Shown: positions 29,534 to 39,365 of the stretch, piece by piece
Position numbering within the stretch: position 1 is the first letter of the stretch
Layout of the letters: the number at the start of each line of letters is the position of its first letter
Assembly: GCA_963822965.1 (NCBI GenBank)
Contig: CAWGJT010000010.1
Span: 896,001-960,000, forward strand
DNA: 64,000 bases
DNA from: an uncultured delta proteobacterium
Lineage (GTDB): Bacteria > Myxococcota_A > UBA9160 > UBA4427
Direction: 5' to 3'
Notes under the pieces: model-generated
Database searches by the model: none
What the model was told of the DNA's origin: nothing
Seen by the model: only the letters and a program-made list of their open reading frames with translations
Made by a program: the position numbers and the translations under genes

Positions 29534-30792
29534 GACTCGGTTCCTTCCATGTCGCGGGCCAACGTGCGCGAGACCAGCAGGTAGCACGCGCCGGCTGCCA
29601 GCAGGCAGACCGACTGGACCCAGACGAGCGACTGCCGGATGCCGGCATCGCCGTACTCGGCCTGGAATGCGTCGTTCATCAGGCCCACCACCCAGGGGCC
29701 CACGCCACCGCCGAGGATGCTCACCACGAAGAGGTGTACGGCCACGGCCATGGCACGCATCCGCGGGCGCGCGAGCCCCTGGTTCATCGCGTAGAGAGGG
29801 CCGATGTAGATGCCGGTGAGAAAGGTCATCGGCGCGAACCAGGCGAGCGCGACCCAGGCGCTGTCACTCGTGACGAACCCGATGGCGAAGGGCAGCGCAC
29901 CGAGCGCCGCGAATGCGGTGGTCCACGCGTACGCCCCACGATTCGCTCGTGCGAGGCGATCGGAGACGAGCCCTCCGGCGAGCGAGCCCGCGGCGCCGGA
30001 GAGCCCGGTCACCAGCCCCAGCGAGAGGCCCACCTCGGTGAGCGACATGCCGTGGACGCGAAGCAGGAACGTCGGCGCCCAGTGCGCGATGCAGTACGCG
30101 GCCGCGGCATGGAACGAGGCGGCCGCGAGCAGCATCACGTAGGCGGGCTTCGCGAACAGGTACCTCACGACCTCGCCGAGGGGATGGACCTCGACGCTCG
30201 TCGTGCGCTGCGGCTCATCGACCGTCCTGTACAGCAGCAACGCGATCAGCAGGCCGGGTATACCGACCACGATGAACGTGAGCCGCCAGCCGAGCTGCTC
30301 ACCGAGCCACCCGGCTGCGATGTAGCCGAACATGATCCCGACGTAGACGCCCATCGCGTAGATGGCCAGCGCCGTCGCCCGGCGTCGGGGCGGGAAGTAG
30401 TCGGAGATCATCGAGTGGGCGGTGGGGGTGCCGGCGGCTTCGCCGATCCCGACACCCATGCGCGCGAAGACGAGGAAGCCGAAGGAGCGCGCGAGCCCCG
30501 ATGCCGCAGTCAGCACGCTCCAGACCGTGAGGCCCAGCGTCAGGATCAGCCGGCGATCGCCGCGATCGGCCCAGCGTGCGAGCGGAATCCCGACCACCGA
30601 GTGCACGATCATGAAGGCGAACCCCGTCAGAGCGCCCATCCAGGCGTCCGAGACCGCGAACTCGTCCTTGATCGGCTGGAGGAGGACGGACACCAGCTGC
30701 CGGTCGACGTAGTTGAAGACCGAGACGAGGAAGAAGACCGCGAGGACGTACTGCGGGTATCGGGGGCCGCGGGCGGGTGCTCGTGCGTTCAT
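29530..30792 (-). CDS. MFS transporter (spinster-like)
   Basis: NYVDRQ...LQPIK, RMGVGIGEAA..P.AHSMISDYFP. Confidence 0.92.
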   Translation of the reverse strand: MNARAPARGPRYPQYVLAVFFLVSVFNYVDRQLVSVLLQPIKDEFAVSDAWMGALTGFAFMIVHSVVGIPLARWADRGDRRLILTLGLTVWSVLTAASGLARSFGFLVFARMGVGIGEAAGTPTAHSMISDYFPPRRRATALAIYAMGVYVGIMFGYIAAGWLGEQLGWRLTFIVVGIPGLLIALLLYRTVDEPQRTTSVEVHPLGEVVRYLFAKPAYVMLLAAASFHAAAAYCIAHWAPTFLLRVHGMSLTEVGLSLGLVTGLSGAAGSLAGGLVSDRLARANRGAYAWTTAFAALGALPFAIGFVTSDSAWVALAWFAPMTFLTGIYIGPLYAMNQGLARPRMRAMAVAVHLFVVSILGGGVGPWVVGLMNDAFQAEYGDAGIRQSLVWVQSVCLLAAGACYLLVSRTLARDMEGTES

Positions 30793-30818
30793 CGGTTCCC
30801 GTGAGGTCGTGTTTTCTC

Positions 30819-30838
30819 TTGCGGGAAAGCTTTCGCAA
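30819..30838. promoter_or_regulatory. Putative MarR operator (imperfect palindrome TTGCGGGAAAGCTTTCGCAA)
   Basis: AT-rich dyad between the divergent MFS and MarR genes. Confidence 0.4.
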
Positions 30839-30873
30839 AAGTATAAAGGGGAGGCACGGACCGGAGCAAGCAC

Positions 30874-31371
30874 ATGGGCTGGATCGACGACCTTTCGACG
30901 GCCTGGGAGCGCGAGTATCCCGAGCTGGACACAAAGACCTTCCCGCCGATGGTGCGGCTGGCACGACTCTCCGTGCTGATCGAGGGGTTCCAGCAGCAGG
31001 TGCTCGCGCCGTTCGGCCTCTCGTCCGGGGACTACGGGGTAATCGCGGCGCTGCGGCGGGCGGGGCCGCCCTATCGGCTCACGCCGAGCAAGCTCTACAG
31101 CCGGTTGCAGCGGTCGTCGGGCGGCATGACCAAGATCTTGAAGCGGCTGGAAGAGCGCCGGATCGTCGAGCGAGCACCCGATCCCCGCGACGGTCGCGGC
31201 TCCGTCGTCTCACTCACCGGCGCGGGCAGTGACCTGCACGAGCAGGTCTTTCGCGCATACCTCGATGCGACGCAGGATCTCCTCGGCCCGATGTCGGAGA
31301 CCGAGCTCAAGGATACGGACTGTGTCCTTATGAGGCTTCTCGAGCTCTTCGAGGGAGGTGCTACGCGATGA
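30874..31371 (+). CDS. MarR-family regulator
   Basis: ALRRAGPPYRLTP, SSGGMT..LKRLE...VER.PDP.DGR. Confidence 0.92.
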   Translation: MGWIDDLSTAWEREYPELDTKTFPPMVRLARLSVLIEGFQQQVLAPFGLSSGDYGVIAALRRAGPPYRLTPSKLYSRLQRSSGGMTKILKRLEERRIVERAPDPRDGRGSVVSLTGAGSDLHEQVFRAYLDATQDLLGPMSETELKDTDCVLMRLLELFEGGATR

Positions 31372-33104
31372 CCTGGGATCTCGTCGTACGGGGCGGCATC
31401 GTGGTCGACGGAACGGGTCTCTCGCGACGACGCGGCGACGTCGCCGTCAAGGACGGTCGCATCGCGGCGGTGGGACATGTGCCGGGCGTGAAGGACGCCG
31501 ATCGCACCATCGACGCCGGCGGCATGATCGTCGCCCCCGGCATCATCGACGCGCATACCCACTACGACCCCCAGCTTACGTTCGACCCCTGGGCGACGTC
31601 CTCCTGCTACCACGGTGTGACGACGGTGCTCGCAGGCAACTGTGGATTCTCGATCGCGCCGACCCGAGAAGCGGCGCGGCCGTACATCAAGGCGATGTTC
31701 GCGAAGGTCGAGGGCATGGAGCCCGTCGCCCTCGACGGCGTCAAGTGGGATTTCGAGTCGTTCCCCGAGTACCTCGCGGCGCGGGAGCGGAGCCTCGGCG
31801 TGAACATGGCGTGCTACGTCGGCCACTCGAGCATCCGCCGCTTCGTCATGGGCGCGGATGGCTCCGAGCGCAACGCGACCTCCGAAGAGGTCGCGGAGAT
31901 GCGCCGCATCGTGCGCGAGGCGATGGCCGCCGGTGCGGCGGGCTTCTCCTCGTCGTCGGTACCCACGCAACTCGACGGCGACGACCGGCCGATTCCGAGC
32001 CGCTTCGCTGCTCGCGAGGAGCTCGTCGCGCTCTGCGAGGAGGCGGGGCTCGCCGGCGGTGGGAGCATCTCGTACCTGCCGAAGAGCGTGATCGGCGGGC
32101 TCAACGAGGAGGACGAGGAGCTCCTGATCGAGCTCGGGCAGAAGAGCCGGCTGCCGATCGTCATCCAGGGCGTCGGAGGACGCGACAAGGTCGACGCGCC
32201 GACAGCGGGCTGGGACAACGCGAAGCGCTTCCTCGACGAAGCGGCCCGGCGCGGGGCCGCGGTCTTCTCGCTGCTGCGCAATCACCCCTTCGATCGCCCC
32301 ATCGATCTCGATGCGGGCTCGCCGCTCTACGCCGGTGTCTTCCCCTGGGCCGAGCTGATGGCGCTCCCACACGATGAGAAGATCGCCCGGTTGCACGATC
32401 CGGCGGTTCGCGACGTGCTTCGCACCGCGGTCGACAACCCCAATCGCGATCCCGATGCCGGCTCGACCCTGCCGCCGCCGCACTGGGACGTGACGTTCGT
32501 CGACGAGGTCACCGATCCGAGCAACGAGAAGTACCTGCGCCACACGATCGCCGAGCTCGCCGGCGAGATGGGCAAGGCGCCCGCGGACGTGATGATCGAC
32601 CTGGCGCTCTCGGAAGACCTGAAGATGAAGTTCCGCTGGGAGAACAAGACGCCCGAATGGGCATCGAGCGTCGAGGAGAGCATGAAGCACCCGTCGATGC
32701 TGATGGGCGTCTCCGACGGCGGAGCGCACCTCGATCGCGACGACGGCGCCGACTGGTCGACCTACTTCCTGCGCTATTGGGTGCTCGATCGCGAGGTGTG
32801 GACCCTCGAGGAGGGGATCCGTCAGCTGACCCAGGTACCGGCCGCGATGGCGGGCTTCGCCCAGAGAGGCGTGCTGCTGCCCGGCTACGCCGCCGACATG
32901 ATGATCTTCGACCCCGCGACGGTCGGACCCGGAACGAAACGGATGGTGTACGACCTGCCCGGCGAGCAGGGACGATTCTCTGCGCGCCCGCGTGGCTTCG
33001 CGGCGACGATCGTGAACGGTGAGCCGATCGTGCAGGGCGGCAAGCTGCAGAGCGCGCTGCCGGGTCGGCTCGTCCGGCCCGCCGGGACGGGGGCGGGCGC
33101 ATGA
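31368..33104 (+). CDS. N-acyl-D-amino-acid deacylase-like amidohydrolase
   Basis: PG.IDAHTHYD, HGVTTVLAGNCG, SDGGAH. Confidence 0.9.
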   Translation: MTWDLVVRGGIVVDGTGLSRRRGDVAVKDGRIAAVGHVPGVKDADRTIDAGGMIVAPGIIDAHTHYDPQLTFDPWATSSCYHGVTTVLAGNCGFSIAPTREAARPYIKAMFAKVEGMEPVALDGVKWDFESFPEYLAARERSLGVNMACYVGHSSIRRFVMGADGSERNATSEEVAEMRRIVREAMAAGAAGFSSSSVPTQLDGDDRPIPSRFAAREELVALCEEAGLAGGGSISYLPKSVIGGLNEEDEELLIELGQKSRLPIVIQGVGGRDKVDAPTAGWDNAKRFLDEAARRGAAVFSLLRNHPFDRPIDLDAGSPLYAGVFPWAELMALPHDEKIARLHDPAVRDVLRTAVDNPNRDPDAGSTLPPPHWDVTFVDEVTDPSNEKYLRHTIAELAGEMGKAPADVMIDLALSEDLKMKFRWENKTPEWASSVEESMKHPSMLMGVSDGGAHLDRDDGADWSTYFLRYWVLDREVWTLEEGIRQLTQVPAAMAGFAQRGVLLPGYAADMMIFDPATVGPGTKRMVYDLPGEQGRFSARPRGFAATIVNGEPIVQGGKLQSALPGRLVRPAGTGAGA

Positions 33105-34144
33105 CCGAAGAGCTCGAGCTCTCGACGGATACGCCGGAGGCGCTCATCGAGCTCTTCGAGGCGAAGGGCTGGGGGGACGGTCTGCCCCTCGTGCCGCCGA
33201 CCCGCGATCGCGTCGACGCGATGCTGGCGGCGTCGCCCACCGCAGAGCAGCTCGATCCGGACGAGGTCGTCGCAACGCTCGAGCCGCGCCTCGGTGAGGC
33301 GACGCGACGCGCGATCGCAATCAACGCGGTCCTCGCGGGCTGCAAACCGGGCGTCCTGCCGGTGCTCGTCAGCGCGGTGCGCGCGCTCGCCCGCGCCGAG
33401 CTGAACCTGCGCGGTGTCAACGCCACCACGCATCCGGTGGCGCCGCTGCTCGTCGTGCACGGTACTGCGGTCGCCGAGCTCGGCTTCAACCCGGGGCTCG
33501 GCACGTTCGGCCCGGGCGCGCGTGCGAATGCGACGGTGGGCCGGGCGATTCGGCTGATCCTGTTCCACATCGCGGGGGCGCGACCGGGCGACGGTGATGC
33601 ATCGACGCAGGGGCAGCCCTCGAAGTACGCGTACTGCATCGCCGAGAACGAGGCAGCATCGCCCTGGGAGACGTATCCCCGCAGCGTCGGCGTCGACGCG
33701 CCGAGCGCCGTCACGATCCACTGCGGCGAGAATCCGCACAACTTCCACGACATGGAGAGCGACGCGCCCGAGGCGATCCTCGACAAGGGCGCCAGCGTGA
33801 TGGCGACGCTCGGGTCGAACAACGCGCCGGTCTCGTCCGCCGAGTTCTTCGTCGTGCTCGGCCCGGAGCATGCCGCGACGATCGCCGCCGCGGGCTGGAC
33901 CCGGCGCGACGTGCAGTCGTATCTCTACGAGCGCGCGCGGCTCCCGGTGGGCCTGCTGCGCGAGGCGTTCGACGTCGTGCAGTACCGGCCCTGGCTGAAG
34001 GCCCTCGGCGACGACGACACCCAGCCGATGACCGACCACCCCGACAACATCCGCGTGCTGGTGGCGGGCGGGCCCGGGAAGCACTCGTGCGTGATCCCCA
34101 GCTGGGGCATGACCAGCAGCGTGACCCTCCCGGTCGAGCCCTGA
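33101..34144 (+). CDS. Conserved hypothetical protein of the type found beside UGSC selenoproteins
   Basis: GWGDGLPLVPPT, AINAVLAGC.P, RANATVGRA, AENE..SPW, VAGGPG. Confidence 0.8.
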   Translation: MTEELELSTDTPEALIELFEAKGWGDGLPLVPPTRDRVDAMLAASPTAEQLDPDEVVATLEPRLGEATRRAIAINAVLAGCKPGVLPVLVSAVRALARAELNLRGVNATTHPVAPLLVVHGTAVAELGFNPGLGTFGPGARANATVGRAIRLILFHIAGARPGDGDASTQGQPSKYAYCIAENEAASPWETYPRSVGVDAPSAVTIHCGENPHNFHDMESDAPEAILDKGASVMATLGSNNAPVSSAEFFVVLGPEHAATIAAAGWTRRDVQSYLYERARLPVGLLREAFDVVQYRPWLKALGDDDTQPMTDHPDNIRVLVAGGPGKHSCVIPSWGMTSSVTLPVEP

Positions 34145-34197
34145 ACGGGGATCGCGTGATCGGCCCCCTGGGAACCATGATCTCGAGGAGTAGAACG

Positions 34198-34719
34198 ATG
34201 AGAATCCTGTCACCCGAAGGAAGCGTGGGCGAGCGCGGTGTCGCACTCGCCGGTTCCCCGGACCTGCTCTCGGGCCGGCGGCTCGCGGTGCTCGACAACG
34301 GCAAGCCGGGGGCGGCGCTCGTGATGACGCGCATCGCCGAGCGTCTTGCCGAGCGCGCCGGCGTCGATTTCGTCGGGGTGTACCGCAAGCGCACGGCGGC
34401 CACGCCCTGCGCCGACGAGCTCATCTCGGAGATCGCGGACGGGGCCGACCTGGTCGTGACCGGCACAGCCGATTGAGGCAGCTGCACGTCGTGGAGTCTC
34501 CACGACACGGCAAGACTGGAGGCACTCGGCGCACCCACGGTCGTGGTTGCGACGGACAAGTTTTTCGATCTGGCCCGGCAAAGCGGCCGTGACGCCGGTC
34601 TTTCGGAGGCGCGCATCGTGGCGCTCGCGCACCCGGTTGGTGGCATCGAGAAGGACGAGCTACGCCGTCGCGCCGATGCGGTGATCGAAGACGTCATGAA
34701 CCGGCTGCTCGGCCGCTAG
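34198..34719 (+). CDS. UGSC-family selenoprotein
   Basis: RBS GAGGAG; in-frame TGA 34474-34476 gives VTGTAD-U-GSCTSWSLHD; frame stays open to TAG 34717-34719. Confidence 0.9.
34488..34506 (+). promoter_or_regulatory. SECIS-like hairpin
   Basis: GTCGTGG-AGTCT-CCACGAC starting 12 nt after the UGA. Confidence 0.75.
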
Positions 34720-34721
34720 GA

Positions 34722-34759
34722 GCCTGGCGCGGCAGAGCGATCGCTCTGCCGCGCCAGGC
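34722..34759. repeat. Perfect 38-bp palindrome
   Basis: GCCTGGCGCGGCAGAGCGA|TCGCTCTGCCGCGCCAGGC. Confidence 0.9.
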
Positions 34760-34826
34760 GACGACCCAAAGATTCGAAGAATCGCAGCCAGGAGAGCAGC
34801 GAGGGCGAGAGCCCGGGGAGGACGAG

Positions 34827-35930
34827 ATGGGAAGATTCGGGCACTACGTGATCGACGCGGACGGGCACGGCGGCGAGCCCCTGGGCTGGCGCAGGCGCAT
34901 CCCCGCGAAGTTCCAGTCGACCATGCGTGATTACGTCGCCGCCATGCGGAAGCGGTACGCGAGCGTGCCGGGCGCCGGGCTTCGCGCGGGCGACTCGGCC
35001 GAAGCGGTCATCCCCGACGAGGACGACCTCGAGTTCGCCGTGCCCACGCAGCCCGGCATGTTCGACCCCGAGAAGCGCTTGCCCGACATGGATCTCGAAG
35101 GAATCGACGTCGCGGTCCTGTTCCCGCCCGGCTCGGGCGAAGAGTGGGCGATGGACGACGTCGACTTCTCGGTGGCGCTGTGCAGCACGCTGAACGACGC
35201 CCGGGCCGAGTACGTGAGCCATGCGCCCGATCGCCTGAAGCTCGTGGCGAAGCTGCCGATGATCGAGCCCAGGGCCGCGGCCGAGGAGCTCGCTCGATGT
35301 GTCACGCAGCACGCCTTCGTGGGGATGGTGACCGCCACGCACATCCGGGAGAAGAACCTCGACGATCCGAGCTTCGACGTCGTGTGGGAGACCGCGCAGC
35401 GGCTCGGCGTGGCCGTGTGCACGCACGGCGGGGGCCAGGCGCCCGGGCAGACGCCCTTCGCCGTCGACCGCTACGACACGCGGCTCGGCATCCACGCGCT
35501 CACCCATCCGCTCGGCGCGATGCACGCGGTGTTCAACTTCACGGTGGGCGGCATCCTGGCGAAATTCCCGGAGCTGCGGGTCGGGTTCCTCGAGGCGGGG
35601 GTCGGATGGCTCCCCTTCTGGCTCGAGCGGCTCGACGAGCACTGGGAGATGATGCCCGAGCAGGCGCCCCTGATCGATCGGCGGCCTTCGGAGTACTTCA
35701 CCGGCCGCTGCTTCCTCACGACGGAGCCCGACGAGAAGATGGTTCCGTACGTGTTCGAGAGCGTGGCCGACGACATCATCTGCTACTCGTCGGACTACTG
35801 TCACTGGGATTGCGCGTTCCCCGACTCGGTGAGCATCCTCGAAAAGCGCGGTGATCTGAGCGATCGCGTCAAGCAGCGGCTCTTTTCGGCAAACGCGGCG
35901 AAGCTCTACGGGCTCGAGGTCCCGGCGTGA
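34827..35930 (+). CDS. Amidohydrolase family (Amidohydro_2)
   Basis: IDADGH, FLEAGVGW, SSDYCHWD. Confidence 0.9.
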   Translation: MGRFGHYVIDADGHGGEPLGWRRRIPAKFQSTMRDYVAAMRKRYASVPGAGLRAGDSAEAVIPDEDDLEFAVPTQPGMFDPEKRLPDMDLEGIDVAVLFPPGSGEEWAMDDVDFSVALCSTLNDARAEYVSHAPDRLKLVAKLPMIEPRAAAEELARCVTQHAFVGMVTATHIREKNLDDPSFDVVWETAQRLGVAVCTHGGGQAPGQTPFAVDRYDTRLGIHALTHPLGAMHAVFNFTVGGILAKFPELRVGFLEAGVGWLPFWLERLDEHWEMMPEQAPLIDRRPSEYFTGRCFLTTEPDEKMVPYVFESVADDIICYSSDYCHWDCAFPDSVSILEKRGDLSDRVKQRLFSANAAKLYGLEVPA

Positions 35931-36838
35931 AGTTCTCGGTGCAGCTGCCGACCGATCGCGTCGAGCGCGGGGACGAGTTCACGGGGCTGGCGGCCATCAC
36001 CGAGATGGCCGCTGCGACCGAGGCAGCCGGCTTCGACGCCTGCTTCGTGACCGAACACCCGTTTCCCGCCGACGATTGGCTCGCGACCGGAGGGCATCAC
36101 AGCCTCGATCCTTTCGTCTCGCTCACGGCCGCGGCCGCGGCGACCAAGCGGCTTCGACTGCACACGAACATCCTGGTGCTGCCCTATCGCAACCCGTTCA
36201 TGACCGCGAAGGCCATCGCGAGCCTCGACGTCGTATCGGGTGGCCGCGTCATCATGGGCGTGGCCGCCGGCTACCTGAGGGGCGAGTACGACGCGCTCGG
36301 CGCGAGCTTCGAAGATCGCAATGCGCTCACCGACGAGGCGCTCGTTGCGATGAAGCAGGCCTGGCGCGGCGAGTCGACGAAGATCGACGGGAGCCGCTTC
36401 CACGTCGCCGGCAACACCATGCTCCCGAGGCCGCTGCAGAGCCCGCATCCGCCGATCTGGGTGGGCGGCAACACCAGGATGGCCATGCGCAGGGTGGCGG
36501 AGCACGCGCAGGGATGGAGCCCGTTCCCGATCGCGAGCCGCTTCGCCGGCCGTGCCCGCACCGCCTCGATCGAGACGATCGAGGAGCTGGGCCAGCGCAT
36601 CGCGTACCTGAAGGAGCATGCGGCGAGCATCGGCCGCAACGAGCCGCTCGACGTGAACTTCGTCCCCTTCGGCTCGCAGATGAACGCCCAGGCGCCCCTC
36701 GATCCCGTCGCGCTGCGCGAGCAGATCGAGGCGCTCGAGGCCGTCGGCGTCACGTGGGTCTCCGTCGGCGTGCCCGGCCGGAGCCGGGCCGAGTACCTCG
36801 ATTCGATCGCGCGGTTCGGCGCGGAGGTAATCGGGTGA
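35927..36838 (+). CDS. LLM-class F420-dependent oxidoreductase
   Basis: VTEHP, LVLPYRNP, AGYLRGE, PPIWVGGN. Confidence 0.9.
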   Translation: MKFSVQLPTDRVERGDEFTGLAAITEMAAATEAAGFDACFVTEHPFPADDWLATGGHHSLDPFVSLTAAAAATKRLRLHTNILVLPYRNPFMTAKAIASLDVVSGGRVIMGVAAGYLRGEYDALGASFEDRNALTDEALVAMKQAWRGESTKIDGSRFHVAGNTMLPRPLQSPHPPIWVGGNTRMAMRRVAEHAQGWSPFPIASRFAGRARTASIETIEELGQRIAYLKEHAASIGRNEPLDVNFVPFGSQMNAQAPLDPVALREQIEALEAVGVTWVSVGVPGRSRAEYLDSIARFGAEVIG

Positions 36839-37662
36839 GCGTTCACGTCCAGCCCGTGACTGCGACGATCGGCGCGACGATCACCGGCGTCGACCTGCGG
36901 GCACCGCTCTGTGCGGACGATCGCGACGCGATCGAGCGGGCGCTGCTCGAGCACGGCGTGCTCTTTTTTCGCGATCAAGACGTCACGCCGGATCAGCAGG
37001 TCGCATTTGCCGAGCAGTTCGGAACGATAGACATCCCTCCGATGGCGCCCAACAGCGGGATGCGACCGGAGGTGATGGTCCTCGACCAGGTGGATCCGCG
37101 AGGGCAAGGCGCGGACAACTGGCACAGCGACAACACGTTCATGGCGGAGCCTCCGCTCGGCTCGATCCTCAAGGCGGTGCAGCTGCCGCCGGTTGGTGGC
37201 GATACGTGCTTCGCCAATGCGGTTGCCGCCTACGAAGGGCTCTCCGCCTCGATGCGCGCCTTCGTCGCCGGCCTGCGTGCGGTGCACGACATCACGAAGC
37301 CGATGCGGCGGGCGTTGCGCGCGGGCATCTTCGACGAGGCGCGGCTCGAGAAGGCGCGCGCGCAGTGGCCCCCGGTCGAGCACCCGGTGGTTCGAACGCA
37401 TCCGGTCACCAGGCGCAAGGCGCTCTTCGTGAACGGCAACTCGACCACGCACATCGTCGGGCTGACCGAGCGCGAGAACGACCTCATCCTGCCCTTCCTG
37501 AACGATCACGTCCGTTCGCCCGAGTATCAGTGCCGCTTCGCGTGGGCCACGAACTCGATCGCGTTCTGGGACAATCGCACGGTTCAGCACTACGCGGTTC
37601 CCGATTACAACCAGCGGCGCGTCATGCACCGCGTCACACTGGCGGGCGACAAGCCCGTCTGA
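36835..37662 (+). CDS. TauD/TfdA Fe(II)/2OG dioxygenase
   Basis: WHSDNTF, GGDT, HPVVRTHP, WDNR..QHYA. Confidence 0.93.
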   Translation: MSVHVQPVTATIGATITGVDLRAPLCADDRDAIERALLEHGVLFFRDQDVTPDQQVAFAEQFGTIDIPPMAPNSGMRPEVMVLDQVDPRGQGADNWHSDNTFMAEPPLGSILKAVQLPPVGGDTCFANAVAAYEGLSASMRAFVAGLRAVHDITKPMRRALRAGIFDEARLEKARAQWPPVEHPVVRTHPVTRRKALFVNGNSTTHIVGLTERENDLILPFLNDHVRSPEYQCRFAWATNSIAFWDNRTVQHYAVPDYNQRRVMHRVTLAGDKPV

Positions 37663-37670
37663 GGATCGCC

Positions 37671-38147
37671 ATGGCCAAAGACGAAGAGAAGACGCCCGGG
37701 GTTCGGTTTCGACACGCCGACGACGAGAAGTGGCAGGAGGTTCGGGCGCAGCAGCACGGCGACCAACGCGTGTCGATTCGGGAGAAGTGGCTCGAGTTCA
37801 CACCGAATTTCCTCTGCTTGTATGCGAAGTGGGATCCCGGCATGATGGTCCACAAGCACGGTCACAACAGCGATCACATCCTCTTCGTGCTCGAGGGCGA
37901 GATGATGTGCGGTGACGTGAAGTGCACGAAGGGCATGCACATCACCCTCGAGCATGGCGCCGCTTTCGGCCCCTTCATCGCGGGGCCCGAGGGTGTCGAG
38001 CTCTTCGAGGTCATGATGGGCGATCCGCGCTCGTGGGCGGCAGATCCCGAGGGCTTCGAGAAGCTGCTTGCGGAGAAGGGGGCGAAGAAGCTCCCCAACC
38101 CCCCGATCGCCCTGCCGGATTGGCTCGAGGACACCCGGACGAGTTGA
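37671..38147 (+). CDS. Cupin-domain protein
   Basis: HKHGHNSDHILFVLEGE...GPFIAGPEG.ELFE. Confidence 0.8.
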   Translation: MAKDEEKTPGVRFRHADDEKWQEVRAQQHGDQRVSIREKWLEFTPNFLCLYAKWDPGMMVHKHGHNSDHILFVLEGEMMCGDVKCTKGMHITLEHGAAFGPFIAGPEGVELFEVMMGDPRSWAADPEGFEKLLAEKGAKKLPNPPIALPDWLEDTRTS

Positions 38148-38190
38148 CGCGGCCAGTCCTGCCCACCCGGAGAAATGGAGAAGTCGCCCG

Positions 38191-39363
38191 ATGCGCAATG
38201 GATTCAAGGTCTTCGATGCGGACGCCCACGTGGTCGAGCCCAGGAACCTCTGGGAGCGATTCCTCGACCAGCGCTATCAATCTCGAGTCTCGTGGAAGCA
38301 GCCCTTCGAGGGCATGGACCGCTTCCGCCCGGCGACCGTCGACGGGCGCTACACGCAGAACCACAAGACCCTATACGGCCGCCAGCAGGAGGCCGTGCGC
38401 TGGACCACCGAGGCCATGCGCGAGAAGTACGGCAAGGTGGTGGACAAGGGCTTCGACGGCGCGAGCGTGGCGGTGAGTGGACGCGTCGAGGGCGTCGATC
38501 TGATGGTCCTCTACGGGCCGGGCTACGACATGTGGCTCGACGGCATCGACCCGGATCTGCAGGCCGGCATGGCGCGCGCGTACAACCGCTGGGCCGAGGA
38601 GATGCGGGAGACGTCGGGGGGAATGGTGCTCGCGGCTGGCCCGGTACCACTCGGCGACATCACGCGGGCCGTCGAGGAGGTGAGATACGCGTACGAGCAC
38701 CTCGGGACGCGCTGCTTCTGGGCGAGACCCAACCCCTTCGGGCACCGCACGCTCGGTGATCGCTACTACGACCCGCTGTGGGAGCTGATCCAGGATCTCG
38801 ACGTCGCCTTCGGGACCCACGAGTTCATGGGGCTGGCGGGCACCTCGGCCGGCAACGACCGCTTCGAGAGCTTCGTTGAGTGGCACACCTGCGTACATCC
38901 GATGGAGGCGCAGATGGCCATGCTCGCGATGATCGTGAATGGCGTCTTCGAGCGCTTCCCTCGGCTGCGCGTGGGCTACATGGAGGCGGGATCGGCCTGG
39001 GTGCCGCAATGGCTGCACCGCATCGAAGAGCACGTCGAGCTCGCGGGCTGGCTCGAGACGCCCGAGTGCACGAAGGAGCCGATCGAGTATTTCAAGCAGA
39101 ACATCTGGGTGACGACCGAGTGCGACGAGCACCTCGTGTATCACACGATCGAGGAGCTGGACGACACGCACATCCTGTTCGAGACCGACTACCCGCACCC
39201 CGACTCGAAGTACCCCCACGCGGTGGAGACATTTCTCGGTCAGGAGCGTCTCTCGGAGGAGAGCAAGCGCAGGATTCTCTGGGACAACGCGGTCGACTTC
39301 TACCGCTTTCCCGAGACCCATATGCCGAAGAAGTTCGACTCACCGCCGGAGGGAGCGGGCTAG
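38191..39363 (+). CDS. Amidohydrolase family (Amidohydro_2)
   Basis: FDADAHVVEP, YMEAG, ETDYPHPD. Confidence 0.9.
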   Translation: MRNGFKVFDADAHVVEPRNLWERFLDQRYQSRVSWKQPFEGMDRFRPATVDGRYTQNHKTLYGRQQEAVRWTTEAMREKYGKVVDKGFDGASVAVSGRVEGVDLMVLYGPGYDMWLDGIDPDLQAGMARAYNRWAEEMRETSGGMVLAAGPVPLGDITRAVEEVRYAYEHLGTRCFWARPNPFGHRTLGDRYYDPLWELIQDLDVAFGTHEFMGLAGTSAGNDRFESFVEWHTCVHPMEAQMAMLAMIVNGVFERFPRLRVGYMEAGSAWVPQWLHRIEEHVELAGWLETPECTKEPIEYFKQNIWVTTECDEHLVYHTIEELDDTHILFETDYPHPDSKYPHAVETFLGQERLSEESKRRILWDNAVDFYRFPETHMPKKFDSPPEGAG

Positions 39364-39365
39364 CC

